A stretch of 64,000 bases of DNA from a virus. The stretch covers positions 70,082 through 134,081 of the IMG/VR virus record IMGVR_UViG_3300018080_008188; one strand, 5' to 3'. A program made the translations under genes and the position numbers. The stretch's first letter is position 1, and each line of letters begins with the position of its first letter. Positions 37,343-47,316 of this stretch are shown piece after piece. The notes below the pieces were generated by a model. It worked only from the letters and a program-made list of their open reading frames with translations. It made no database searches and had not been told where the DNA came from.

Positions 37343-40300
37343 ATGAATGATATAACTCAGGGAATGTGGCGCGGACGATCGATTGGATCGAGAAGGGACA
37401 GTAGTGGCAAAAGATACACTGTTATGCTCGGCAGATCCGCCTTAATGTTCGTTCCTATTAAAGTGGAGCCCAATTCTCAGTACAGGTTTTTTGTTGAAGC
37501 CAAGAGAGAAAGCGGAAACGGCAAGGCGTTTTGTAACATATATTCAAACAAGAACTTCGATTTCAAGCAGGTGTATTTCGAACTGTCAGAAAGCGAATGG
37601 ATGCTGTACGAGGCTGTTTTGTCCACCGGAGAATTTCCGAAATCTATGCCCATGACCTTTAGAATTTGGCGGCCAAAAGACGGTAACGGAAATATTTTCA
37701 TCAGGAAAATCTCCATGGAGAAAATTGAAGACAAAGCCGTGGAAAACAGCGAGCCACCGGTTGTGCGCAAGCCTCTTGCCAGTGACCATGCTGTGGCTGT
37801 AAAATCTGTTGTAAAAACAAATACACAAACTGAAAAGCCAGAAGCCGAACCGCAAAAGCGCAGCAAAAAGAGAAGAACAAGACGCGCAAGAAGGATACAT
37901 GTAGGAAGGAGGGTCGCTGGCAGGACGTCCCTAGACAAAAACAAGCAAACGGAGCCATGTAAGGTGCTGCTTGTGTCTGGGAACCAAATCTTTCTGAAAA
38001 GGCTCGGAACAGATCTCAAAAAGCTGGGGTTTATTTGCTATGCTGTTTTGCCGAAAGACGGAGTACATACCGTAGCGCAAAACATGAAGCCGGATTGGAT
38101 ACATTTTCATATTGCGGACGACGCCACATCAGAATCGTCCAAAATAATGAACGGAATAATCAAGGCGTCTCCAGGCGCTGTCATAACTGCATGGTCCGAC
38201 ATCCCTAGCGACAGCAATGCGAAGTCTGTACTTTTGCGTGCAGATTTTGCCTTTGCTCCGGAAGAAACGCTTGAGGGCTGGAGCATAAGCGGAATCAACC
38301 CAAAGTCATGGGATGGAATGAACGCAACTGCCATTGAATCATTCCTAGAGTCGGAGGAATGCGAAATAAAATCACCAAAATCACCAAAATCTGTCAGCTC
38401 TGCCAAGCGTGCCAATCGTGCTAGTCGTGCCAGTCATGCTACAAGCAAAATGGTCGGACGCCGGAAAATTCAACGAAAAACAGTAAAGAAGATTCTGGCC
38501 TCCATAAACATCAACGACTTCATAACCCGACACAATCGAAATGCAGACGGAATTCGGGTTTTATACCTTCCGCTGAATTCTCTGGAAATCGGGCAAATGG
38601 GTATGGAGGCAGCCTTCCTGGAAAACGGATTTTGCTTGCGGGTGTTTGATTTTCGCAACGCCGCTCGCAAATGTAGACTGGTTGACGAGGCTTTTATTCA
38701 GCAGGCGAAAGAGTTTCAACCTCACTGGATACACATGCAGCTTCAGTTTTCCAACACAATTTCCCCTCTCACCGTGGCAAAAATCAAGGAGATGCTGCCA
38801 AACACCGTTATCACCAACTGGACCGGAGATTGCCGAAAAGAGGCGAACGGATATTTTGTCAATATTTCTGAGAAAGTAGATCTGTCGCTTATTAGTAGCG
38901 AAGGTCAGATCAACCTGTACAAAAGGGCAGGCACCCAAAATGTGGAATACTGGCAGATAGGAGTGGACCCGGATCAGTTTCATCCTCTTTCTGAAACTGA
39001 AAGGGTCGGTCTGAGGCAAGCCTATTCGCATGATATTGCCTTTTGTGCATCAAAAACTTCCAACAGCTCCTTTCCCGCAAGCTCTCTGAGGACCAGCATT
39101 GCCCATGAGCTTAAAAGGAAATATGGAAAAAGATTCGGTCTTTATGGTCGCGGATGGGGGAGGGGCAACCGCGGCGAAGTGGGTTACTATCGACAAAACG
39201 ATGTTTACAATGCATCGAAAATAGCAATTAGCGTCAACCATTTCAACAATGTCCGCATGTATTTTTCCGACCGGCAGCTAATTACCATGGCTTCCGGAGC
39301 ATTAGTGATTTGCCATTACATCCCAGGCTTGGAGGAGTACTTTGAAAACGGCAAAGACCTTGTGTGGTTTCACACAAAAGGGGAATGCTTTTCGCTGATA
39401 GACTATTACCTACAGCATCCGGAGGAGGCGAAGCAGATCGGGACCAGGGGGGCTCAGAAAGTACTTTCGCAGCATTCGTATTCCTGTAGGGTGAGAGAGC
39501 TGGCATTGCGCCTCGGCTTCGTAAAGTCGGAACGCGGGATAGACGAGTTTCGCCCGCTGTACAGACCCGCAGACAGAAGCCTGCGGGTTATGAGTTACTA
39601 TCCGAAAGCGACAAGGGAGTTCCTGTTCCGAAGAGATTTAACGGATTTGGAGCTTCAAGTTGTGCGCTGCGACCTGTTGCGAAATGCGGCTCAGTTCCAG
39701 CCCGATTGGCTACACATACATCTGCCAGACGGGCCTTCCGAGCTTCGCGCAAAAGAGGTTCAGGACATTCGCAGCAAAATCCCGGACATGACAATGACAG
39801 CATGGCTTTCCGACGACATTGGAGAAAATGACAGGCTTCTATCGAAGTTCCTCGACCATGTGTTTGTAAATACGAAAGAGCAGGCTCAGGACCTTCAGGC
39901 TTCCGGAGTACAAAGGCTGGACCAGTGGCCAATGGATATACAGGATTTCAAGAACGCCGCTTTGTTTCATAGGAGGGTGACTGAAATGTCAGAAAGAATT
40001 GCCATTGGTAAGCCAAAGGGAATCCAAATCCGCCGGGAAAACCGTAACGAGCAATTCGACATGAGCATAGTGATGGGAACTTACAACCGTCTTGATATGC
40101 TGGAAAACACCGTAAAAAGACTTTTCGACAGCGCCGGCGACCGCAAAATTGAGATCATCATCAATGATGCTGGCTCAACGGACGGAACCATCGAATGGCT
40201 TGAGGAAAATTCAAAAAGCTGTAGCATTGTGCCCATTTTTTCAGGAAAGAAGACGGGCATAACAAGAGCCTACAATGACGGTTTCAAGATAGCTCGCGGA

Positions 40301-41029
40301 AAATATGTGTCATGGTTCAGCGACGATGTTATGCCGGTTGGCAACGCCATCAAAAACATGTGCGAACTCATGGACGGGCTTGATCCGGAAGACATGGGCG
40401 CATATCCTATCCGGGATTCAAAGAATGCGCCTTTTCGCGTTCCGTTCCTGCTGGGGTTTCCCGCTCCCACGGTGGCTTGCATGTTCACCAGCACGCTAAA
40501 AAAGTACAACTACTGGAATACCGACTACCCGTATTACGGACAGGACAATGAAGTGAACGCCAGGGTGCTTCGCATGGGAGGCAAAATTGTTGTTTGTGAC
40601 ATCGCCCATGTAGACCATCTTAACAGACAGGACGATCTAAAGCATAAAAATGTAAAATCCTACTCCGCCATGGGTCATGGTCAGAAATTCCACATCATTC
40701 ATTGGAGATATGGAAAGCAGGAAGAACTAATGTATCCGAAAGTGCTGCTTGTCCCTTACAATTCGGCTAATGGTGACCATGTGCTGGCGGCACTCGAAAA
40801 GCTACGCAAACACTATCTAAACGCGCACTATTTTGTATCGAAAGAAGTCGACGGAATTTGCCTTGACGAGCACGATATCAAAAACCTGTCCTTGTCTTTG
40901 CCCGAATGCGGTCCAAGCCTATTTGAACATTATGACCTTACCGTAGCGGTATATCCGGACCGCTGCGAAGTTATAACGCCAAATGACCGGGTGCGGAAGA
41001 TGCGCTTTGCAAAAGAGATGTGGAAATGA
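37343..41029 (+). CDS. Multidomain glycosyltransferase: CBM-like jelly roll + CgeB-like GT-B + GT2 (1228 aa)
   Basis: N-terminal VEPNSQYRFFVEAK..W..Y jelly-roll pattern; YNASKIAIS..YFSDR..MASG..FENGKDLVWF (CgeB-like); SIVMGTYNR..IIINDAGSTDGT..FSDD (GT2). Confidence 0.8.
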   Translation: MNDITQGMWRGRSIGSRRDSSGKRYTVMLGRSALMFVPIKVEPNSQYRFFVEAKRESGNGKAFCNIYSNKNFDFKQVYFELSESEWMLYEAVLSTGEFPKSMPMTFRIWRPKDGNGNIFIRKISMEKIEDKAVENSEPPVVRKPLASDHAVAVKSVVKTNTQTEKPEAEPQKRSKKRRTRRARRIHVGRRVAGRTSLDKNKQTEPCKVLLVSGNQIFLKRLGTDLKKLGFICYAVLPKDGVHTVAQNMKPDWIHFHIADDATSESSKIMNGIIKASPGAVITAWSDIPSDSNAKSVLLRADFAFAPEETLEGWSISGINPKSWDGMNATAIESFLESEECEIKSPKSPKSVSSAKRANRASRASHATSKMVGRRKIQRKTVKKILASININDFITRHNRNADGIRVLYLPLNSLEIGQMGMEAAFLENGFCLRVFDFRNAARKCRLVDEAFIQQAKEFQPHWIHMQLQFSNTISPLTVAKIKEMLPNTVITNWTGDCRKEANGYFVNISEKVDLSLISSEGQINLYKRAGTQNVEYWQIGVDPDQFHPLSETERVGLRQAYSHDIAFCASKTSNSSFPASSLRTSIAHELKRKYGKRFGLYGRGWGRGNRGEVGYYRQNDVYNASKIAISVNHFNNVRMYFSDRQLITMASGALVICHYIPGLEEYFENGKDLVWFHTKGECFSLIDYYLQHPEEAKQIGTRGAQKVLSQHSYSCRVRELALRLGFVKSERGIDEFRPLYRPADRSLRVMSYYPKATREFLFRRDLTDLELQVVRCDLLRNAAQFQPDWLHIHLPDGPSELRAKEVQDIRSKIPDMTMTAWLSDDIGENDRLLSKFLDHVFVNTKEQAQDLQASGVQRLDQWPMDIQDFKNAALFHRRVTEMSERIAIGKPKGIQIRRENRNEQFDMSIVMGTYNRLDMLENTVKRLFDSAGDRKIEIIINDAGSTDGTIEWLEENSKSCSIVPIFSGKKTGITRAYNDGFKIARGKYVSWFSDDVMPVGNAIKNMCELMDGLDPEDMGAYPIRDSKNAPFRVPFLLGFPAPTVACMFTSTLKKYNYWNTDYPYYGQDNEVNARVLRMGGKIVVCDIAHVDHLNRQDDLKHKNVKSYSAMGHGQKFHIIHWRYGKQEELMYPKVLLVPYNSANGDHVLAALEKLRKHYLNAHYFVSKEVDGICLDEHDIKNLSLSLPECGPSLFEHYDLTVAVYPDRCEVITPNDRVRKMRFAKEMWK

Positions 41030-41661
41030 CACAAATCAAAAAAGAATGGAAGAGCTTTTTTAAAAACTGGTCCGCCATAAACACCGTCAGGATCCAATAC
41101 TGGTTTTTGAAAGAGATTATCAAGGCAACCAATGAAGACAGTTCACTTTTGGAACTGGGAGCAGGAAGCGGCTACACATCGCTTGTTGTGCGATTCTCAA
41201 ACAGGCCGAATGTTGTAGCGTCTGACATCGACTCGGAAGTCCTGAAGGGCGTCAGTGATCTTGTGCAAAACACACTGCCCGTCAAAAAGATTAACATGTT
41301 TGACACCGGCTTGCCTCCCCGATCCGTCGACTGCGTTTTCCACCAAGGCGTTCTTGAGCATTTTTCCGACAGTGAAATAGTGGCGCTTCTACATGAGCAA
41401 GGAAGAATTGCCAAAAAGATCGTTTTTGACGTGCCCAATTCGCGCAGGTTTGACAAAACCCAGGAGCACGGGGACGAAAGATTCCTTTCCGTTCGCCATT
41501 GGAAGCGCCTGATCGTGGAAGCAGGCCTGTCCATCGAAAAGGTTGAAGGCAGAAGAATGCCAAAAATTTTCGGAATTTTACCGGCCTTTTTGGGAGAGTC
41601 CCGATGGCTTAGGAAAATCTTTGGAACATCCAGCATTTTCGTATGTAGGCGGATGTCGTGA
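41020..41661 (+). CDS. Class I SAM-dependent methyltransferase
   Basis: LLELGAGSG motif I, SDID, DCVFHQGVLEHF; start could be 41026. Confidence 0.85.
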   Translation: MEMTQIKKEWKSFFKNWSAINTVRIQYWFLKEIIKATNEDSSLLELGAGSGYTSLVVRFSNRPNVVASDIDSEVLKGVSDLVQNTLPVKKINMFDTGLPPRSVDCVFHQGVLEHFSDSEIVALLHEQGRIAKKIVFDVPNSRRFDKTQEHGDERFLSVRHWKRLIVEAGLSIEKVEGRRMPKIFGILPAFLGESRWLRKIFGTSSIFVCRRMS

Positions 41662-42515
41662 AAGTGTCCATAGTTGTATCCGCATGCGACAACAGGGAAA
41701 AGCTGTTTGAGCGGTCTTTAAGATCCCTTGCAAGGCAAACTATGCCAAAAAGCGAATTTGAGGTCGTAATGGTGGACGATGCCGACCGGAAGGGTTTGCT
41801 AGATCTCTGTATGGCGGGGGCTGAACAGGGCATCAGGATACAATATATCAGAATAGACCCGTCAAAAAGCCATGTTCCGGCTGCTGCTTTTACACCAGCC
41901 TTGACAAACAATGTTGGCTTTCGCCATGCCAAGGGGAATGTCGTTGTAATTACGGGACCGGAAACGATCCATGGAAGAATGAATGTCGAAATCGCATCCC
42001 AGGTTCCAGAAAACCGCTGCGAATACGGACTTGTGTTTCGGGCCGGAAGAAAGTTTGCAGAATGGCTTGACGAACATCCTGAGCGAGCCGACCTTTCCGT
42101 CGAAAAGCTGCTAGGAGCACCTGGAGCGCAAGAAGACTGCCGAACACGCCTTCCGCACCCTCCGGCATACTGGTACTGGATGGCTGTACAGAAAAAAAAT
42201 GTCGAGGCTATCGGAGGATGCGACGAAGAGTTCATGATGGGCATTTGCGGGGATGATGACGATTTTGCAAATCGCATGAGAATGAGCGGAGTTATTCCAG
42301 TTTTCAACCACAAAATGATTGGAATACACCAGGACCATTCCGATACCGACAAAAATGATAACCACAGCGTTCGCTTTACCTCGAAATGGAGCGTTTTAAG
42401 AAAAATCAATCTTGCGCTTCTTCGGAAACGACTCCAGTCCGGCGACCCGGTCGCCAATCGCGACCATGTCTGGGGAAGCGCGGATACGGTGGTCAGCGCA
42501 TTGGAGTTAACATGA
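41658..42515 (+). CDS. GT2-family glycosyltransferase (GT7C-like C-terminus)
   Basis: KVSIVV..FEVVMVDD..NVGFRHAKG..IGGCDEEF..GDDDDFANR. Confidence 0.85.
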   Translation: MKVSIVVSACDNREKLFERSLRSLARQTMPKSEFEVVMVDDADRKGLLDLCMAGAEQGIRIQYIRIDPSKSHVPAAAFTPALTNNVGFRHAKGNVVVITGPETIHGRMNVEIASQVPENRCEYGLVFRAGRKFAEWLDEHPERADLSVEKLLGAPGAQEDCRTRLPHPPAYWYWMAVQKKNVEAIGGCDEEFMMGICGDDDDFANRMRMSGVIPVFNHKMIGIHQDHSDTDKNDNHSVRFTSKWSVLRKINLALLRKRLQSGDPVANRDHVWGSADTVVSALELT

Positions 42516-43306
42516 CTAAGATGTTTTTCGGCTTTGGGCACGGATTCGGAGGAACGCATCTTCTGGCTGATATGCTGGATGCCGTTCAAGGGGTGGATTG
42601 TAAGCATGAAAGGATTTGCCCGGAATCTCCACACGGCATGTTTACGCATTATTTGGCCGTGTATCGCGGCGAAAAAGACCCAAAAGAGATTGTGCTGGAA
42701 GAAAGGGCACCACTTGTCCGTCGAGTTTTGGCTTCGGGGAAAGTTTTCGGAGAAATCAACGGTCAGCTCGGCTTTTATGTCGGGGGAATTCATGATGTGT
42801 GGCCGGATGCCAAGTTCATATACATGACAAGGAATCCTAGGGAACAAATACGCACTTCTTTCAACACTGGCATGTTCGACTACGAAAACCCCATTTTCAA
42901 AGGCAGGAACCTGTGGTGGTGGCCGAAACCAAGACCGGACGATCCGTATGCCGACAAATGGGAATGCATGAGTGTTGTTGAAAAATGCGCATGGATGTGG
43001 GTTTTTGTAAACGACTTTTTTATGGAGCAAATGAAACGGATTCCCGAAAATCAGATTTTCCATTACCGCTTTGAAGAAATGATTGCCGGTCGGAATTTTG
43101 ACGAACTCTGCGATTTTCTGAATATCAACAGGGCAAACCGGAAAGAGATTACAAGGATCGTTTCGAAAAAAAGGGCAAAAACAGCCATTCGCGCAACAGC
43201 TCCGCTCCCCCCATGGGACGAGATGGATTCGAAAACCAAAAAGTCGATTGCCGACATAGCCGAAAAAACTGCCACGAAAATTGGATACGGAGGATTACAT
43301 GCTTGA
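42512..43306 (+). CDS. Sulfotransferase-family protein
   Basis: Start ATG 42512 (ATGA overlap); FGFGHGFGGTHLL loop, PDAKFIYMTRNP..IRTS, YRFEEM..LCDFL. Confidence 0.7.
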   Translation: MTKMFFGFGHGFGGTHLLADMLDAVQGVDCKHERICPESPHGMFTHYLAVYRGEKDPKEIVLEERAPLVRRVLASGKVFGEINGQLGFYVGGIHDVWPDAKFIYMTRNPREQIRTSFNTGMFDYENPIFKGRNLWWWPKPRPDDPYADKWECMSVVEKCAWMWVFVNDFFMEQMKRIPENQIFHYRFEEMIAGRNFDELCDFLNINRANRKEITRIVSKKRAKTAIRATAPLPPWDEMDSKTKKSIADIAEKTATKIGYGGLHA

Positions 43307-44000
43307 ACCGGAAAAGGCGTTCTCGTCAGAAAACTACCAGAGAGTGAACCGTGCGCGGCTTGACCATCTTGAATCGCTAGGTCTGGATCTTGAATCCAAA
43401 ACCGTACTTGAGGTTGGAGCTGGCATTGGCGACCTGACACAATTCTTCATCGACCGCGGATGTTCAGTGACAAGCACGGAGGGAAGACCAAGCAACTATG
43501 ATGTGCTGAAAAAAAGGTTTCCAGAGATCGATACCATGGTCCTAGACCTGGAAAACACCCCAAAAACATGCCCGTTTTCGGAAAAGTTCGACATCGTTTT
43601 TGCCTACGGAATTCTTTACCATTTGGGAAACCCGGCTCAGGCGCTGAAATACCTTTCAGAACTGACTAAAGGTATTTTGTTGGTGGAAACGCATGTGGCA
43701 TTCGGAGAAATGGACGAGGTGAAGCAGTGCGAAGACATATTACATGACCCGACGCAAAGCGTAAGCGGCAAAGCGTGCCGGCCGACTAGACAGTGGGTTT
43801 TCAACCGTCTGTCAGAAGCCTTCGACCATGTGTACCTTCCAATTACACAGCCGAATCACCCAAGGCTGTATCCGGAAAATTGGAAAACCATTCCGAAAGG
43901 CAAGCCTTTGGCAAGGGCGGTGTTCGTTGCTTCAAGGGAAAAATTGTCAAACCCGCGCCTTGTAAGTTCTGTTCCCATGGAACAGAAAAGGCTGGGATGA
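43299..44000 (+). CDS. Class I SAM-dependent methyltransferase
   Basis: VLEVGAGIG, TEGR, FDIVFAYGILYHL; start probably ATG 43299. Confidence 0.85.
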   Translation: MLEPEKAFSSENYQRVNRARLDHLESLGLDLESKTVLEVGAGIGDLTQFFIDRGCSVTSTEGRPSNYDVLKKRFPEIDTMVLDLENTPKTCPFSEKFDIVFAYGILYHLGNPAQALKYLSELTKGILLVETHVAFGEMDEVKQCEDILHDPTQSVSGKACRPTRQWVFNRLSEAFDHVYLPITQPNHPRLYPENWKTIPKGKPLARAVFVASREKLSNPRLVSSVPMEQKRLG

Positions 44001-44602
44001 GCGCAGGGACCGTGGAGAGACCTATGAAACTACATATCGGATGCGGCACAATTTATCTCAAGGACTATGTGAACATAGACGGCAAAGCCGATTTCATGGC
44101 AAACAACTGTCCTGCGGATGTCATGGAGAAGGTCGCAACCACTTTGGACAGGTATTACAAGCATCCTTTCGGTCATGGCGCGAAAAAGGTCGTTGTCGAC
44201 GCGCAGTTCGATATTGGTGGCGCTTTTCCGTATCAAAGCGGAACAGCTGAGGAAGCCGTAATGATGCATGTGCTTGAGCACTTTCCGCTTTACAGGGTGG
44301 GAGGCGTCCTGGAAGAGATTCGGCGCGTTTTGAAACCCGGAGGGGCTTTCGTGGTAGCCGTGCCGGATGTCAAGGGAATGGCCAAAATGCTTGCGGAAGC
44401 AGAAACGCCAGAAGAGGAAGATCTTGCCATTCGGTTCATACACGGAACGCAAAGGAACGAGTATGCCCATCACCTGTGCGGGTACACTCCGCGCACATTG
44501 AAAAGTCTTCTGTCCGAGCACGGGTTTGGAAAATTCCAAGAGCTTCCGAACATAAACTGCTATCCGGCCGTTCACTTGAAAGCGCACAAGATAGGTGACT
44601 GA
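43997..44602 (+). CDS. Methyltransferase type 11-like protein
   Basis: KLHIGCG..YVNID..HVLEHF..RRVLKPGG..VAVPD; start at 43997 or 44024. Confidence 0.85.
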   Translation: MSAGTVERPMKLHIGCGTIYLKDYVNIDGKADFMANNCPADVMEKVATTLDRYYKHPFGHGAKKVVVDAQFDIGGAFPYQSGTAEEAVMMHVLEHFPLYRVGGVLEEIRRVLKPGGAFVVAVPDVKGMAKMLAEAETPEEEDLAIRFIHGTQRNEYAHHLCGYTPRTLKSLLSEHGFGKFQELPNINCYPAVHLKAHKIGD

Positions 44603-45534
44603 TGAAAGTTGTTGTAACTGGAGGAACCGGCTTCCTCGGACGACATTTGGTTCGCGAACTGGAAAACCGCAACATGTACGCCCGTGTCCTGGACAGGGCG
44701 GGCGGGCCGGGACTGATTGATAAATCGTGGGCGCTTGAGCAAATTGAAGAAGAAAAGCCGGACGCCGTGATTCATCTGGCTGCCAAGTGCGGCGGAATCG
44801 GCGCAAACATGGCGAAGCCCGGAGAGTTCTTTCGCGATAACCTGCTTATGGGCGTCCACCTAATAGATGCCTGCCGGAAGCTCGATGTGCCCAAGACCGT
44901 TGTGGTTGGGACCGTCTGCTCATACCCAAAGTTCACATCGGTTCCGTTCCGGGAGGAAGATATCTGGGACGGATTTCCAGAAAAAACGAATGCACCATAT
45001 GGAGTCGCCAAGAAGGCACTGCTTGTCATGCTCCAGGCATACCGCCAGCAGTATCTCATGAACGGCATCTATCTGATTCCGGTCAATCTATTCGGACCCG
45101 GAGACTGCTTCGACCCAAACAGGTCTCATGTGATTCCTGCGCTTATTCTAAAATTCTGGCAGGCCAAACAGCGTGGCGACCGGTCGGTCACATGCTGGGG
45201 AACTGGAAGCGCATCCAGGGAGTTTCTGTATGTCGAGGACGCTGCTCAAGGAATAACAGACGCTCTTGAGCAATACGACGGATCAGATCCCGTCAACCTA
45301 GGCAACGGACGCGAGCATACAATTGCCGACCTGTCCGAGACCATCAAACGCATTGTCGGGTTTAAAGGGGAGATCGTGTGGGACAACACCAAGCCGGACG
45401 GGCAGCCCAGAAGGTGCCTTGACACATCAAAGGCAAAAGAGCTTTTTGGTTTTGAAGCCGCAACTGATCTGGAGGACGGTCTCAAGAAAACCTATGAATG
45501 GTTTCTCCAACAACCAATGGGATGCGGGTGCTGA
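44602..45534 (+). CDS. fcl: GDP-L-fucose synthase (GDP-4-keto-6-deoxymannose epimerase/reductase)
   Basis: VTGGTGFLG, HLAAKCGGIGAN, VGTVCSYPK, YGVAKK, NLFGPGD, SHVIPALI, WGTGSASREFLYVED, KPDGQPRR. Confidence 0.95.
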   Translation: MKVVVTGGTGFLGRHLVRELENRNMYARVLDRAGGPGLIDKSWALEQIEEEKPDAVIHLAAKCGGIGANMAKPGEFFRDNLLMGVHLIDACRKLDVPKTVVVGTVCSYPKFTSVPFREEDIWDGFPEKTNAPYGVAKKALLVMLQAYRQQYLMNGIYLIPVNLFGPGDCFDPNRSHVIPALILKFWQAKQRGDRSVTCWGTGSASREFLYVEDAAQGITDALEQYDGSDPVNLGNGREHTIADLSETIKRIVGFKGEIVWDNTKPDGQPRRCLDTSKAKELFGFEAATDLEDGLKKTYEWFLQQPMGCGC

Positions 45535-45535
45535 C

Positions 45536-46525
45536 ATGAAAAAGACGGCTTTGATAACCGGGGTGGCGGGTCAGGATGGGTCTCATCTTGCCGATTTTCT
45601 GCTTGAAAAGGGATATCATGTTATAGGGGTAATTCGCAGGAATGCGACCAGAAACCTGGAAAATGCCTCCCATCTGGAAAACCTGATCGACCTGGAGGAG
45701 GGGGACATCACCGACATGGCATCCATGCTGCGCATCATTCAGAAAAGCAGACCGAACGAACTCTACAGTCTAGCTGCGATGAGCCATGTACACACCAGTT
45801 TCGAGCAGCCGATCGCCTCGTTCCAGATTGATGCCATGGGCGTTGTCAACATTCTTGAAGCGGTAAAAACTCTTGGATACAGCACGCGCATCTTTCAAGC
45901 CAGCACTTCAGAACTGTGGGGCTCCTCTCCTCCGCCGCAGAATGAGGAAACCATCATGCGCCCGCGCAGTCCGTACGCCATCGCCAAGCTGGCAGCGCAT
46001 TGGATGGTTCGTCTGTACCGCGAAGCTTACAACATGTACGCTTGCTGCGGCATTACTCATAATCATGAAGGTTGCAGAAGAGGCCCGTTGTTCGTCACGC
46101 GCAAGATCTCAATGGGCGTTGCCAGATGCTTGAAAGATCCGTCTTTCAAACTGAAGCTCGGAAACCTTGACGCCGCCAGAGACTGGGGGCACGCAAAAGA
46201 CTTCGTCGAGGCTTTTTGGCTTATGCTACAACAGGAAAAACCAGATGATTATGTCATAGCGACCGGCGAAATGCATACTGTGCGCGAATTTGCTGAAAAG
46301 GCCTTTTCATGCGTTGGTCTTGACTGGCAAGACCATGTTGAAATTGACCGATTTCTGAAAAGACCGATCGAAGTGGAATCGCTTTGCGGAAATCCGGAAA
46401 AAATCAAGAACGAGCTTGGATGGGAGCCGGAAACAAAATTCGAAGACCTTGTGAAGCTCATGGTAAAGCACGATTGCCGGCTTCTGGGGGTGTGGCCGGA
46501 CGATGAGAAAAATAGCGAGAGGTAG
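45536..46525 (+). CDS. gmd: GDP-mannose 4,6-dehydratase
   Basis: ATG 45536; ALITGVAGQDGSHLA, LAAMSHV, QASTSEL, PRSPYAIAK, NHE..RG..FVTRKI, LGNLDAARDWGHAKD. Confidence 0.95.
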   Translation: MKKTALITGVAGQDGSHLADFLLEKGYHVIGVIRRNATRNLENASHLENLIDLEEGDITDMASMLRIIQKSRPNELYSLAAMSHVHTSFEQPIASFQIDAMGVVNILEAVKTLGYSTRIFQASTSELWGSSPPPQNEETIMRPRSPYAIAKLAAHWMVRLYREAYNMYACCGITHNHEGCRRGPLFVTRKISMGVARCLKDPSFKLKLGNLDAARDWGHAKDFVEAFWLMLQQEKPDDYVIATGEMHTVREFAEKAFSCVGLDWQDHVEIDRFLKRPIEVESLCGNPEKIKNELGWEPETKFEDLVKLMVKHDCRLLGVWPDDEKNSER

Positions 46526-46527
46526 GC

Positions 46528-47316
46528 ATGGCAAAAGTCGGAATCTACCTTCCGGCATACAATGCTGGAAAGTACATAGAAAGAACAATCAACAGCATCA
46601 AAGCTCAGGAAATGCGCGACTGGCAGCTTGTCCTGATAGACGACGCTTCGGACGACGACACCTTCGACAAGGCAGCGAAGGCCGCCGAAGGCGACCCGAG
46701 GATTTCGGCGCACAGGGAGGAAGAGCACTGCGGCCTGATAGGAAAGCTGAAAAACAAGTGTATTTCCATGCTGGACCAGAGCGAATACATTTGCCATGTC
46801 GGAGCGGAAGACCTGATTCCTCCGTATTGTCTGCGCATTTTCTGCCAGGCCATGGACGGGTCCCCTCATGTCGGAGCCGCTTGCGGAACATTCGTTGCGT
46901 TCGACAACCAAGGAAAACAGTGGCAGTTTCCGCATGTTGTCAGAGACAAGGGTTTCAGCAGTGAAAGGCTTATGAGATACATGTGTATGTATCCGCATAG
47001 GTTTTACCGCAGGGCAGTTGTGGAGAAAGTCGGCGGATACTCCGATGAGCTTTCGTCGGCCGTTGATTACGATCTGTCTCTGAGGCTGGACGAGACGACA
47101 GCTATCATGCGCCTTGAAAAACCCGTGACATACTATTACCGGCAGCACATGGAACAGGTGTCGCGCAGAGACCGCGTTCAGCAGGATGCCAATGCAAAAA
47201 AAGCCCTGCAGGATGCGATAGATAGGCGCGGGCTTGATTTGAAAATACAGAATGACGCCCCTCCGTTCGTTCTTTCCAAAAAGCAGCCTGAGCATTTCAT
47301 ATGGGGAAAGAAATGA
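46528..47316 (+). CDS. GT2-family glycosyltransferase
   Basis: LPAYNAGKYIERTINSI..LVLIDDASDD..VGGY..AVDYDLSLR..YYYRQH. Confidence 0.9.
   Translation: MAKVGIYLPAYNAGKYIERTINSIKAQEMRDWQLVLIDDASDDDTFDKAAKAAEGDPRISAHREEEHCGLIGKLKNKCISMLDQSEYICHVGAEDLIPPYCLRIFCQAMDGSPHVGAACGTFVAFDNQGKQWQFPHVVRDKGFSSERLMRYMCMYPHRFYRRAVVEKVGGYSDELSSAVDYDLSLRLDETTAIMRLEKPVTYYYRQHMEQVSRRDRVQQDANAKKALQDAIDRRGLDLKIQNDAPPFVLSKKQPEHFIWGKK

Noticed and set aside
38369-38441. Short 9-bp tandem repeats (SPKSPKS, RANRASRAS)
   Set aside because: Only 2-4 degenerate in-frame units in a linker; not a CRISPR array or a phase-variable tract.
41609-43063. 484-aa minus-strand ORF, and similar long antisense ORFs at 15668-16717, 29729-30619, 46249-47295 and 57008-57979
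   Set aside because: They lie fully antisense to well-supported genes, have no motifs or RBS, and are the expected shadow ORFs in GC-rich coding DNA.
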